A stretch of DNA of 64,000 bases, from positions 62,001 through 126,000 of the forward strand of contig NW_026863603.1 of NCBI RefSeq assembly GCF_026571515.1. Reading direction: 5' to 3'. Source of the stretch: Ruditapes philippinarum. Its lineage: Eukaryota. The notes below the pieces were generated by a model. The model saw nothing but the letters and a program-made list of their open reading frames with translations, made no database searches and was not told the DNA's origin. Below, in pieces: positions 39,145 through 51,221 of the stretch (its first letter is position 1; every line of letters begins with the position of its first letter). A program made the position numbers and the translations under genes.

Positions 39145-42100
39145 GACCAGTTAAATTAATTTGACCAGTAATATGGAATGCTGTTTCTCAAACATTTTTA
39201 TGTATTCTTGTTAATCTTATTCAAATTCTACAAATTCACTTAGAATCTCAGGTTTTAATAGATTTTGATAATGTTTTTTTTACCTAAAGATAGTATTAAA
39301 TAGTATTTATTTATGAATATAGTATTAACTAGTATTTATTTATAATGAAATGTGTACACGAATTAGCACTTTGTCTGCTAGTACTATTATTAGCTTGTTA
39401 TATTTCAGACTGGAGTTTATATGGTACTGGTAAACAAGGAACATTGTTTGTTAGCATTTGAGCTGGATATCAATAATTATAATGTCATCTCACAAACACA
39501 TATATTCCTACACAATACATTATCTGCCTCAGGTACATGCACTCATTTTATAAAAACATTGTCTTATTTAATGCAATAGAATTGTGCCAAATTAAGTAAC
39601 GATTGTCTGTAAAAATATTTTTTTATATTATTGTCTTATCTAAAGTGCATGTAGATTTATCATGAAAATGACGTGCTGTATTAACCGATAATCGGCTAAA
39701 TTTTGGTAACAGATTTTCCATGTTTTTGGTTTTTGAACAGTTCATTTAAAGTTGAAGGTATTTCAGAATTAAAATATAAAAAATTGAACTACCACCAGTA
39801 TAGAGGCTGGTCACACCGATATGCTGTAGGCTGGTCTGACTATACTGGTGACAAATGTAAATGCAGTCCTATTTTATCTCTGTACTGTATATATCAGTTT
39901 AAATGTCAAGTTTTAAAAAAAAAAATTTTGTAAAATTTCCAAAAAGTGGATAGTAATTTTATAGTATGTGGCCGAGTAATTCTTACACTTGGAATCACCT
40001 CTCACTTACAGCTGTAAGTTTAAATCTTATTGTATGTTAGGAAGGTATCAAGCTAAAATTACATGAGATTTCCCATGCTGGAAATTATGAATATTTTATC
40101 ATATTCTTCCAACAGTGAAACTGAAATGCTACACCATGTATATAAACCCTTTCCATGCTAAGCATCTGAAATGTATTTTTGTCAACCCTTTTTAGTGAAA
40201 CATTCATAATATATACTGACAGCAATACTGAATAGCAAACAGTGCAGATGCTGTGGTGGCTTTACTGTGCTGCGGTGAATTGAATACATCTTGCTATCTG
40301 ACAGGAGGGTAAACTACTAACATCCATCCAACCATAATCAAACGGGCGGGAATGTTCTGGTGATCATGGTCTGCACTAGTCACTTCAGTAGAATCAGTTT
40401 CCACCAGCTGGGTAAGGGTTGATTAGTGACAGAATGATTAAAATATCTAACCCCCAACATTGCCACACACCTTACCTGACTCGTCTTCAATAAGTAAAAT
40501 GTAATAAAGTTTTGTTTTGTATATTTCCAGGAATGTGTGAGATAGATGATAATACTGTATTAATGATGAGTCAGGATGCCATGTTACAGAAAATAACAGT
40601 ATCAGTAAATGAAAACAGTATATAAACTTTTCTTATTTCGACTTTCACCCTAACAAACTTGTATAATAGACATTCCAAGATTTAACTTTAGTTCTGTTTG
40701 TTTAATAGGGAGTTCTAAAACAAAAAATGCAAAATGTTGGAATCCATTATTGGACTTGATTAAAGTAACTTGTTGTTTGTTACCTCTGTCAGCTACACTT
40801 TGAATTTAAGTTCTCAGTCTGATAACTTGAGGGTAAAAACGTCAACACTGCATGTATTGCAGTTGTGAAGAGGCCTCAGCTATCTCATTTTGGCAAAAGA
40901 GTATTTTAAATACATGTGCATTATTATATTATTATATTACAAAATTATAAGCTATATAAAAAAGGTAGCATTTACAATTTTATTTGCATTAAACCTATTT
41001 ATGCCATTAATAAACTTGTTTTACAGACAGTTATATGCTAGATACTGCATGCAAGTCTTGATCAAATCTAAATTTCATGTCATATTTGAATTGTTATTTA
41101 GTAAACTGAAACATGTTTTGAAGATGTAGAATATTCCCTGTTGCATCACACCATTGGGTTGTAAAAAAACCCTAACATTGGATACATTTAATATGTGTGC
41201 TTAGTGATTTAACATTGTTATCATTGTTACAGTTATCCACGGTAAGTTTGCTACCAACATACCAACAGTAAATGAAATTTAAAACATAATGTATAGTACA
41301 CACTGAATATATGTTTATTTTATTGTTTTTTTCCCCCACCAGAAATACAACTATCAGCAGTGCAAGCCAATTTAGACCTTAGTACGTCAACTTCCTGGAT
41401 ATCACCTGGATTCTGTGTATCATCAAACAAAGTTTTAGTAGCCTTCATAGTCAGGTATTTATTACCACATGTATTTTCATCTTAACAATAAACTGTTGCT
41501 ATAAACACTTTTTAGTTCAACTATTCAAAGAATAGGGAGAGCTATTGTACTCATTCAGGCATCAGCATCACCGTAATACTTTGTGTGCAAAGATGTATCT
41601 CCAAAACTTCAGAACTTCAATGGTAGAAACTTCACATACTTGTTCTCTGTGGTTATCTAATATGATAGGCACAGGTCATATAAATCGGAGTTACCTTTTT
41701 ACAGAGTTATGACCCTTTCAATAATATCAATCACTGAGAAAAGTCTAACAAGCTGTGTAATGAACATATCTTGTTTTTAAAAAGATGTTAAGGTGAATTT
41801 ATGTCACAGTCAGAGAAGGGAATTAAACTACATGTACTTATTGCAGAAAAAAATGTTTCTCTAAATATTCTATATTTTCTGGCTATAATTATGATCTAAA
41901 GCTTGTGAAAGTTTCTGATGGTTGAAGTGACAAACAAAAAGCTGACAATACTTAGAAAAGACAATTTGGGTGAAGGAAAACTCTCATTTAACAACTTTGT
42001 TTACCTTATATTTCTCTAGAAATATTCTTATAAGAAAAATGAGCCGTGCCATGACAAAACCAACATGATGGGTTTGTGACCAGCATGGATCCAGCCCAGC

Positions 42101-45100
42101 GCAGTCTGATCAGGATCCATGCTGTTTGCTTACCAACTCTATTACAAGTGGAGAAACTGACAGCGAACAGCATGGATTCTGATCGGACTGCGCTGATGCG
42201 CAGGCTGGTCTGGATCCATGCTGGTCGCAAACGGACTATGTTGGTTTTGTCGTGACGCGGCTCAAATGTTGGTAAATACTTCAACAGGCCAAAACCAGGA
42301 TTTGATCATCTCTCACCACAGTGGAAGAAAACAGCTACCAGATTAAATATCAGATGTATTGATGACTTTACCACTGATCTCAAATGGCGGGAAAATTGTG
42401 TAACAAAACTATGTAACCCAGAACGTAAGTTAGATTAAAATATTAAACAAAAGTACAATCATATTTGTGCTATAGACCACCTTTGAGCATACTACATTTG
42501 CTGTAAAAGAGCATCTTTAAGCAGTCAAAAAATCTGTATTTTCAATTGCAACATTTAGTATGCAATATATTAAAATTTGTGCATAAAAACAGCTTGTTTA
42601 TCAAATAAAGATCACAATATGATACAGGTATTGACTTTATAGACACATTTAACAGTATATTATACGGTACACTTTTATCACATAACTTCTGCGCAGGAGT
42701 GTAATAAAGTCATGTAATAAAAACCATTTTACACTAGTGTAATAACACTGATGTGACGTCATTTGTGTTATATAAATAAACACAGTGTTAAAGTGCGTTA
42801 AAGTTAGCGTTAGGCATAGACGCATCAAAGAAAAAAAGCTCTTTTTAACTGTAAACTGTATGTGATAAATAAAATATTATATTTGTGTAGATTCAATACT
42901 AGATTTATTGAACGAGTTGAATAAAATCATACTATGCGAGCCAATACTAAATTTATTGAACATGTTGAATAAAACAATATTATGCTCGCCAGAGGCTAGC
43001 ATAATATGATTTTATTCAACTTAAAGCTACACTCTTTCAATATCCTCTTTATGTATTATCAGGTGCAATAAGATTTCATGATGTAAAAAAATGAAATTCT
43101 ATCAATGACTCAAAAAGATAGTAAAATGTAAGGCTATTTAACTATACACATGTCTTATATTTAAACTTTCTAATTTATTAATAGACATTCAAACTCCTGT
43201 GTTTTAGCTTCTCATTGCTTAGTTTAAAATTTGATATTGACCAACAGTAATAATAATGTTGCAAAATGACATCTGAAAATTGAAACATAGAATTCTTACT
43301 TTCTTTTTAGCTCACCTGTCACAAAGTGACAGGGTGAGCTTTTGTGATCGCTTTTCGTCCGGCGTCCGTCCGTCGTCCGTCCGTAACTTTTACTTTAAAT
43401 GACATCTCCTCATAAACCACTTAGCCAATTTCATCCAAACTTCACAGGAATGTTCCTTTGGTGGTCACCTTTAAAAATTGTTCAAAGAATTTAATTACAT
43501 GCAAAACTCTGGTTGCCATGGCAACCGAAAGAAAAAACTTTAAATATCTTCTTTTAAAAAATCATAAGAGCTAGAGCTTAGATATTTGGCATGAAACATC
43601 TTCTAGTGAGTGTCTACAAAGTTTGTTCAAATAAAAGCCCTGGGGTCAAAATTGGCCCTGCCCCGGGGGGTCATTGATTTTCCCTATATGCATATAGTAA
43701 AAACTTAAAAAATCTTCTTTTAAAGAACCCAAAGAGCTAGAGCTAAGATATTTAGCATGAAACATGTTCTAATGGGTGTCTACCAAGTTTGTTCAAATAA
43801 AAGCCCTGGGGTGAAAATTGGCCCCGCCCCAGGGGTCATTGATTTTCCCTATATGCATATAGTAAAAACTTAAAATATCTTCTTTTAAAGAACTCAAAGA
43901 GCTAGAGCTGAGATATTTGGCATGAAACATCTTCTAGTGAGTGTCTACCAAGTTTGTTCAAATAAAAGCCCTAGGTTAAAATTGGCCCCGCCCGGGGGGT
44001 CATTTATTTTCCCTATATGCATATAGTAAAAACTTAAAAAATCTTCTTTTAAAGAACCCAAAGAGCTAGAGCTAAGATATTTAGCATGAAACATGTTCTA
44101 ATGGGTGTCTACCAAGTTTGTTCGAAAAAAAGCCCTGGGGTCAAAATTGGCCCCGCCCAAGGGGGTCATTGATTTTCCCTATATGCATATAGTAAAAACT
44201 TAAAAATCTTCTTTTAAAGAACTCAAAGAGCTAGAGCTTAGATATTTGGCATGAAACATCTTCTAGTTTGTGTCTACCAAGTTTGTTCAAATAAAAGCCC
44301 TGGGGTCAAAATTGGCCCCGCCCCGGGGGGTCATTGATTTTCCCTATATGCATATAGTAAAAACTTAAAAAATCTTCTTTTAAAGAACCCAAAGAGCTAG
44401 AGCTAAGATATTTAGCATGAAACATGTTCTAATGGGTGTCTACCAAGTTTGTTCAAATAAAAGCCCTGGGGTGAATATTGGCCCCGCCCCGGGGGGTCAT
44501 TGATTTTCCCTATATGCATATAGTAAGAACTTAAAAATCTTCTTTTAAAGAACTCAAAGAGCTATGGCTAAGATATTGAGCATCAAACATGTTCTAATAG
44601 GTGTCTACCAAGTTTGTTCAAATAAAAGCCCAGGGTCAAAATTGGCCCCGCCCCGGGGGTCATTGATTTTCTTTTTATGTGTTTAGCAAAAACTTTAAAT
44701 CTTCTTTGAAAAAACCCAAATAGCTAGAGTTTAGATATTAAGCATGAAACATCTTCTAGTAAGTGTCTACAAAAGTTGTTCAAAAAAAAGCCCTGGGGTC
44801 AAAACTGGCCTGGCCCCAGGGGTGTCATTGTTTTTAACTATATGTGTATAGTAAAAACTTTAAAAAAAATCTTCTTTTAAAAAAGCCCAATGATCTAGAG
44901 CTTAAATGTTTAGCATGAAAACATCTTCTTATGGGTGTCTACCAAGTTTGTGCAAATAAAAGCCCTTGGGTTAAATTGGCTCTGCAACTTTGGGGGTGGG
45001 GTGGGGGTTGGGGGGGCCTATATACAGGTGAGCGACCTCAGGGCCATCATGGCCCTCTTGTTAGAAAGGTCAAGGTTAACCAAGGATGTTCATTCAGTTG

Positions 45101-48100
45101 AATGTATTCATATACTGTACAGAGAATTATTGATTTTATTGCATTACTTGAAAGGTTCTATTGGTGATCTACATGATGTATTAGAACTGTTTCGTCAACA
45201 TGTGTTGAGTAAAAACTGTAAGGATATTGAGACAGTAGATGACACAGGTAAACAGTGTCTCAGAAGACAAAAACTCAGAAGGTATTAATGTCTATGGCTT
45301 TTTCACAACTTACATCAACTTGCTAGATTAAATTTCATTTTTCATTCAATAGTTTATTCCATGAAAATTTACAGAATTCTTTTTACTGTTATGAATTCTT
45401 TAATTGCTGTTTATAAGGCGCATTTAAAGGTATATTTCATATAAAGTAATCATTTTTAACATTTTCATGAACTTACATTTATTTATTTTGTAATTTAGTA
45501 GTTTAAACTGTATTTATTCAAGTTCAATTATGAAATAAGATCTCTTCCTTTATATAAATCTTTCGTACCATTTATTATATAATCTAAAATACATTGTGGT
45601 TTACCTGTTAAAAAAATAATTTTTAGTTTGACTTTTCAAAGAATCGCAAGAGCTGTTGTACTCACCCGTATTGTCTGCATCAGTGTTGGCATCACTGTCA
45701 CACTTTGATTCAAGGTAGTAAGTTCCAAAACTACTAAAGGGGATGGGTTGCAACTTCACACTGATTATTTAACATAATAGGCACAGGTCCCATCACTCTG
45801 AGTTATCTTTCTTACAGAGTTATACCCATTTTCTTACTGTCAAGTACTGGGTAAAGTTAAGCAATCTGTCTTACAAACAGCACCTCTGTGTATAAAATCT
45901 TAATGGTTATGTATAGGACTGTGTTGGTCCTGTATGAATCTTTTTCCTGATTTCTAACTGCCAGTTTTCCTTCTCTAGATATGCAGCTAAGCTTAAGCAC
46001 AGATACAATAAAGAAAAAAATGTAAGTTTTTTATGTTTTTTATTAATTTGATGTATTAATAAAATTTGTATTGTTGGAATTCAGAGCTAGTTTTGTTAAA
46101 GTATTTTATTTCAGCTGCCAGGGGCAGGCTGTGGTTCACAGAAGAAAGAAACTTTACATTAATTGCTTAGTACTGGTTGGTTCCAGGAATGATAAATGCA
46201 TGTTAGTTTACAGACATTTGACTGAAATTGCAGACAAGAATAGAAGAATAGAATAGAATAGTGTTTATTACCAATCATGGGCCTTCTCAGGCATACAATT
46301 ACATAAAATAAATATCAGTACATTAAATGTAAATGTACATAAACAAAACAATAATAAGATAACATAAGCTAATTCTGATTTGATATCACAATTAAACTAG
46401 AAGGCCATGATGGCCCTGAAGTCGCTCACCTGTATATAGCAGACATGCTGGCTGAGAGTTACACCTATTTTATTATAAACTTTTTATCTTTATAATATCT
46501 ACTTTATTATTTTTAAAAATATACTTGAAAAATAAAACTTTTAAGTTTCTCGGAAGTCAATTTGTGTTATATTCCTTACATTTAAACCTCACCATAGGAA
46601 CATTCATACTTGGGGAGGTAAGAAATTTAGGTTGTTCCTACAAGATGTAGCAGATGCTCTATAGAGATTCTTACATTTGGAAAGAAATTTAAGTATTGTT
46701 ATAAAGAGGTTATTGCTTTACAGTGTGCTGATGTACAGAAGTTTTACTGTATATTATTCCATATATTTTATCTATATTTACATATATAGTACGATCAGGA
46801 GGAACTTATAGAAGAACTAGAGAAAGAAACAATTGACCTAAGGTGTAAGATCCTGGCAGTGTCTATGCAACAATGTGTGGCGAGCATTGAGGTGGAAAAG
46901 GTTTTGTCAGATTCAAACAAAGGTAATATAAATATATTCTTTAACCTTTTTCAGACACACTTTGTTTAAGAGATTTGCTCTGCTTGACGGTTGGAACTCT
47001 AAATTTTCAGATTTTAGTATATGAATACCAGAAGCGAACAAAAAAGGTATCACAGATTTCTTTTTTTCAAAGTTGTGGATTTGCATAGCATCCTTTGCAC
47101 AGTACCCTGTCTGATTATAAGCTGTACAAAATAAGATTTACATTGTACCATTCAACAGGATGCCATAGTTGTAAAATCATTATCTCATCATTGAACTTTG
47201 ATATTGTAATAGACTCATTGCAGTTTTAACTTATGAAATAAAATAAATGTGATACAACTCTTTCACATGCAGCTATAAAGAGAACATGTCATGAAGAATT
47301 AACTTAGTAATGTATCCTTGACATACGTAGTGACAATAGTGTTTATATTTCAGGGACAGGTCTAGCTGTAGTGTACAGCATGTATACATGGCTGAATCAG
47401 CACATAGACAGAGTCAATGATGTAGAGGGTATTGATGATACTAAGTTACAGCTTGGGAATATTCTCACAGATAAAAAATGTGAAATGAAATGTTATGTTT
47501 GTAATTCTGGTATCCTTTCACATTTTTAGCTCGACTATTCGATAAGAATAAGTAGAGCAATTGTAGTCACCCGAGCGTCGGCGTCGGCGTTGGTGTCCGC
47601 GTCGGCGTAACCACTTATGTTAAAGTTTTTGTAATAGTTCAAATATTTTCAAAGTCCATTGACATATGGCTTTGAAACTTTGCACACTTGTTCACCATCA
47701 TGACCCCAACCTGTAAACAGGAGGAGGTAACTGTATCAAGCATTTTGACAGAATTATGCCCCTTTTTCGACTTAGAATTTACGTTAAAGTTTTTGTAATA
47801 GTTCAAAATATTTTCAAAGTCCATTGACATATGGCTTTTGAAACTTTGCACACTTGTTTTCACCATCATGACCCCAACCTGTAAACAGGAGGAGGTAACT
47901 GTATCAAGCATTTTGACAGAATTATGCCCCTTTTTCGACTTAGAATTTACGTTAAAGTTTTTGTAATAGTTCAAATATTTTCAAAGTCCATTGACATATG
48001 GCTTTGAAACTTTGCACACTTGTTCACCATCATGACCCCAACCTGTAACAGGAGGAGGTAACTGTATCAAGCATTTTGACAGAATTATGCCCCTTTTTTC

Positions 48101-51100
48101 GACTTAGAATTTACGTTAAAGTTTTTGTAATAGTTCAAATATTTTCAAAGTCCATTGACATATGGCTTTGAAACTTTGCACACTTGTTCACCATCATGAC
48201 CCCAATCTTTAAACAGGAGGAGGTAACTGTATCAAGCATTTTGACAGAATTATGCCCCTTTTTCGACTTAGAATTTACGTTAAAGTTTTGTAATAGTTCA
48301 AATATTTTCAAAGTCCATTGACATATGGCTTTGAAACTTTGCACACTTGTTCACCATCATGACCCCAACCTGTAAACAGGAGGAGGTAACTGTATCAAGC
48401 ATTTTGACAGAATTATGCCCCTTTTTCGACTTAGAATTTACGTTAAAGTTTTTGTAATAGTTCAAATATTTTCAAAGTCCATTGACATATGGCTTTGAAA
48501 CTTTGCACACTTGTTCACCATCATGACCCCAACCTGTAAACAGGAGGAGGTAACTGTATCAAGCATTTTGACAGAATTATGCCCCTTTTTCGACTTAGAA
48601 TTTACGTTAAAGTTTTTGTAATAGTTCAAATATTTTCAAAGTCCATTGACATATGGCTTTGAAACTTTGCACACTTGTTCACCATCATTACCCCAACCTG
48701 TAAACAGCAGGAGGTAATTGTATCAAGCATTTTTTTCTAACTATCAAGCACTAAGGATAGTCGAGCGTTGCTGTCCTACCGACAGCTCTTGTTACTGTCA
48801 CAATATGTACTGTGATACCTATATACTGAATACATGTATGTCAATAATAACTGGTCAAAAAATAGATATTTGATAAAACTTTCCTTTACATATGTATCTG
48901 TGGTAAAAAATTCTATGCTTGTTAATTGTTTTCAGGTATCAGAAAATTGATGGGTTATGCAAGTAGAATTAATGCAGTCAGACACACAGTTTGACCACAG
49001 TTTTTTTTCAAAATCTTTTATTGAATATTGAATTTTTTTAATTAATATCTTACACTTAAAAATTCAAAGCTGTTAGACAATTTAGCTGAAATCCTTAACA
49101 ACAAACAGATCTCAATATGAACCATTCTAGATGGTTTTGTGACAATGGACATTTATTTGGTAAATTTTACTTGTTTACTTTTGATTGTTTAGGTACTAAA
49201 TAATATCTTATCTATTTATATACTAGTTTCTTGTATTAATAATTAAATAATACATTAGTATAAATATATCACACAATCTAAAACCATATGAGCCGTGTCA
49301 CGACAAAACCAACATAATGGGTTTGCGACCAGCATGGATCCAGACCAGCCTGCGCATCCGCGCAGTCTGATCAGGATCCATGCTGTTCGCTTACAAACCC
49401 TATTACAAGTAGACAAACTAATAGCGAACAACATGGATGCTGATCAGACTGCACGGATGCGCAGGCTGGTCTGAATCCATGCTGGTCGCAAACCCATTAT
49501 GTTGGTTTTATCGTGACGCGGCTCATATATCACCAAGGTTGCTGATGCAAATGTCTTTGAAACTAAAAGCCAATGTTCAACATGCAATTGTAACAGAAAC
49601 AAAAAGCCAAGTTAACAAGGACACCTGCAAGTGTCTCAAAAACTTAAAAGCAACAGTCACCAAGTATCCAAATGCAAAGTCCAAAAAAACTAAAAGTATC
49701 AGTAAAGTCCAAACTGCAAATATCTCAGAAACTAAAACCCAAAGTCATCAAGATCCAAATGTATCTGTTTCATTAGACAATGTTTTCATTGTCTTAGTAT
49801 CAAAGCAAATGAGCCGTGTCATGACAAAACCAACATAATGGGTTTGCGACCAGCATGGATCCAGACCAGCCTGCGCATCCACGCAGTCTGATCAGGATCC
49901 ATGCTGTTCGCTTACAAACCCTATTACAAGTAGACAAACTAATAGCGAACAACATGGATGCTGATCAGACTGCGCGGATGCGCAGGCTGGTCTGGATCCA
50001 TGCTGGTTGCAAACCCATTATGTTGGTTTTGTCGTGACACGGCTCAAATATTCTTATTTAAAGAGCTAAAGGTGCCGATAAGTTTTCATATGTAAATGTC
50101 ATAAAATCGACAAGCCAAACATCAAGGCTACCAGAGGGGTATGTATGGCCTTTTTCCAGCAGTAAGCTTGACCTTTATGGTATCGTTTTCACTAATGAAA
50201 TTCAAACATTTTGTTTGGACGTTAGTTATACAGTTTATATATATTTCAGATATGTGTTGTAAAAGTTTGCTGCCTGTACATGGAGTACAATACAGAACCT
50301 GTATTATATGTGATGGGACTGCTAGATCACCAGAAAGCCTAAACAGTATGTAACAGTTTTTACTTATTTTGTACTTGCACTCATCAAAACGTGGCTTCTG
50401 CCGTTGTTTTTGTATACTTTGTGTTTGTCAAAATACTTACTGTACTACATGTATGTAACTCCTGGCTATAGTGCATGTACGTGGATTTACTGAGACTGAA
50501 CAACGTTTATAGAATGTATAAAGAAGCACATTATAATTTATGCCAAAGATATATCACATCTAATAATTGTAGATATAGAGGATATTCAAATTTTTTCTAT
50601 AAATACATGATTTATTTTCATCGAGTGGTATGAAAATAAATATTTCATGAGTGGCGGTAGCCACGTCTGAATTATGGTAATTTTCATGCCACAAGATGAA
50701 AATAAATCATGTATTTATAGAAAAAACTTGAATTTTCTGTTTATTATGTACATTTTTCTCTTTTTTGCGATAAAATTTGAAAAACTTTCCCTTAAATTTT
50801 GTGTACTGGTAGAATTTAAAAGAAAGTAGTCCGGCAAGACACCAGTGAAAATACGGAAAATATGTTTCACTGCAGTGAAAAATAAATTTTTACAGTGAAA
50901 ATACGGAAAATGAAAATACGCATTTTATTTCATCAATATTTCTCAATATTTCTCAATATTTCATTTATAAGTATATAATAAAAGTTTTTATTATGTGATG
51001 TCCATTGAATTATCTCAGTATTTTCACAAATATCACGAAATGCATGTATAGAAATTCGTGTTATTTTATTTCAGATGTGGAATGGTTGCAAGCAGATTTC

Positions 51101-51139
51101 AACACTTGTACATTTTGTGATGGTTTGATGTTACCATAA
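29403..51139 (+). CDS. GTF3C4: General transcription factor IIIC polypeptide 4 (TFIIIC90), ~680 aa, 19 coding exons
   Basis: Exons 29403-29510, 30275-30413, 30751-30874, 33008-33086, 33521-33632, 35430-35553, 36536-36612, 37978-38126 (alternative donor 38120), 39409-39532, 40531-40617, 41343-41454, 42288-42424, 45155-45281, 45979-46021, 46790-46922, 47354-47509, 49109-49159, 50250-50345 and 51075-51139 are phase-compatible (2043 nt). Motifs ITWSPDHRIS, DRVMNP, WSPEGADAVGRSILATL, WLQLVDL and the C-terminal Zn region CYVC...CDNGH...RTCIIC...CTFCD match GTF3C4. Confidence 0.92.
30979..32654 (+). mobile_element. Helentron/HINE-like element with about 7 tandem 145-bp core units
   Basis: Subterminal inverted repeats ATACCCCCGCA / TGCGGGGGTAT, a (GTCC)n microsatellite, a CTAG end, and units at 31079, 31224, 31369, 31507, 31652, 32165 and 32310. 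Confidence 0.85.
31694..32056. mobile_element. hAT-like MITE with 5-bp TSD, nested in the 145-bp array
   Basis: CAGTGATTTTTTT...AAAAAAATCACTG flanked by a TTGGC duplication; neighbouring units show the empty site CATATTTGGCATGG. Confidence 0.85.
32655..32749. repeat. (TTCC)n/(TTTC)n microsatellite
   Basis: Visible directly in the sequence. Confidence 0.9.
33928..35010 (+). mobile_element. Helentron/HINE-like element with ~5.8 tandem 164-bp units
   Basis: Subterminal IR GCTCGACTATTC / GAATAGTCGAGC; (CGTCGG)n; units at 34007, 34171, 34335, 34499, 34663 and 34827; 3' hairpin GCTGTC...GACAGC then TCTTGTT. Confidence 0.9.
36645..36917 (+). mobile_element. tRNA-derived SINE (Meta-like core)
   Basis: A box GTGGTGGAGTGATTAAGG, B box GGGTTCTAATCC, core ...CCAGCTA...GATGGTTCTAC..., tail CCATATGACCTATAATGTGTTGGTGTGA and an AAAC end. 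Confidence 0.7.
37163..37898. mobile_element. pogo/Tigger-like MITE
   Basis: TA|CAGTCGACTCC..TTATAACGAACTC ... GAGTTCGTTATAA..GGAGTCGACTG|TA. Confidence 0.85.
38589..38758. mobile_element. Small TIR element with CAG termini
   Basis: CAGTGTCTATTCTAGGA / TCCTAGATTAGATACTG inverted termini; TSD unclear. Confidence 0.5.
42041..42263. mobile_element. Palindromic MITE, Sola-like (GAG...CTC ends, 4-bp AAAT TSD)
   Basis: Long TIRs GAGCCG...ACAAAACCAACAT with AAAT on both sides; same family as 49290 and 49811. Confidence 0.85.
43304..45062 (+). mobile_element. Helentron/HINE-like element with about 9 tandem ~165-bp units
   Basis: Same termini as 22962-23591; units at 43568, 43734, 43899, 44063, 44228, 44394, 44559, ~44721 and ~44892. 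Confidence 0.9.
47510..49108 (+). other. U12-type GT-AG intron, GTF3C4 intron 16
   Basis: 5' site GTATCCTTT; branch site TCCTTAAC (49092-49099) followed by AACAAACAG, with no pyrimidine tract. Splicing restores CYVCNS|DLNMNHSRWFCDNGH. Confidence 0.92.
47523..48793 (+). mobile_element. Helentron/HINE-like element with ~6.8 tandem 164-bp units (same family as 33928-35010)
   Basis: Near-identical termini and unit sequence; units at 47620, 47784, 47952, 48116, 48280, 48443 and 48607. Confidence 0.9.
49290..49524. mobile_element. Palindromic Sola-like MITE
   Basis: GAGCCG...CGGCTC, 235 bp, ATAT duplication. Confidence 0.85.
49811..50045. mobile_element. Palindromic Sola-like MITE
   Basis: GAGCCG...CGGCTC, 235 bp, AAAT duplication; nearly identical to 49290-49524. 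Confidence 0.85.
50573..50735. repeat. Long inverted repeat (hairpin), possibly the end of a Crypton-like non-autonomous element
   Basis: Arms ~50589-50638 and ~50680-50729 are near-complementary around GGCGGTAGCC. It starts ATATAGAGGATA; a related hairpin ending TATCCTCT lies at ~42915-43050. Confidence 0.55.
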
Positions 51140-51221
51140 TGGTTTAAATAAAAGTAGAAAGAAAAGAAATTCTCATGATATTATCTATTCGTCATTTTAT
51201 AAGAAAACAACATTCCCACAT

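Noticed and set aside
47312-47330. GTATCCTTGAC inside GTF3C4 intron 15
   Set aside because: It is not at an exon boundary needed for the reading frame and has no matching partner site.
34166-48344. Repeated short ORFs MNYYKNFNVNSKSKKGHNSVKMLD...
   Set aside because: These are chance translations of the 164-bp satellite unit.
49437-49838. 133-aa ORF bridging the two MITEs
   Set aside because: Built from MITE sequence and a degenerate low-complexity repeat, inside an intron, with no domain signal.
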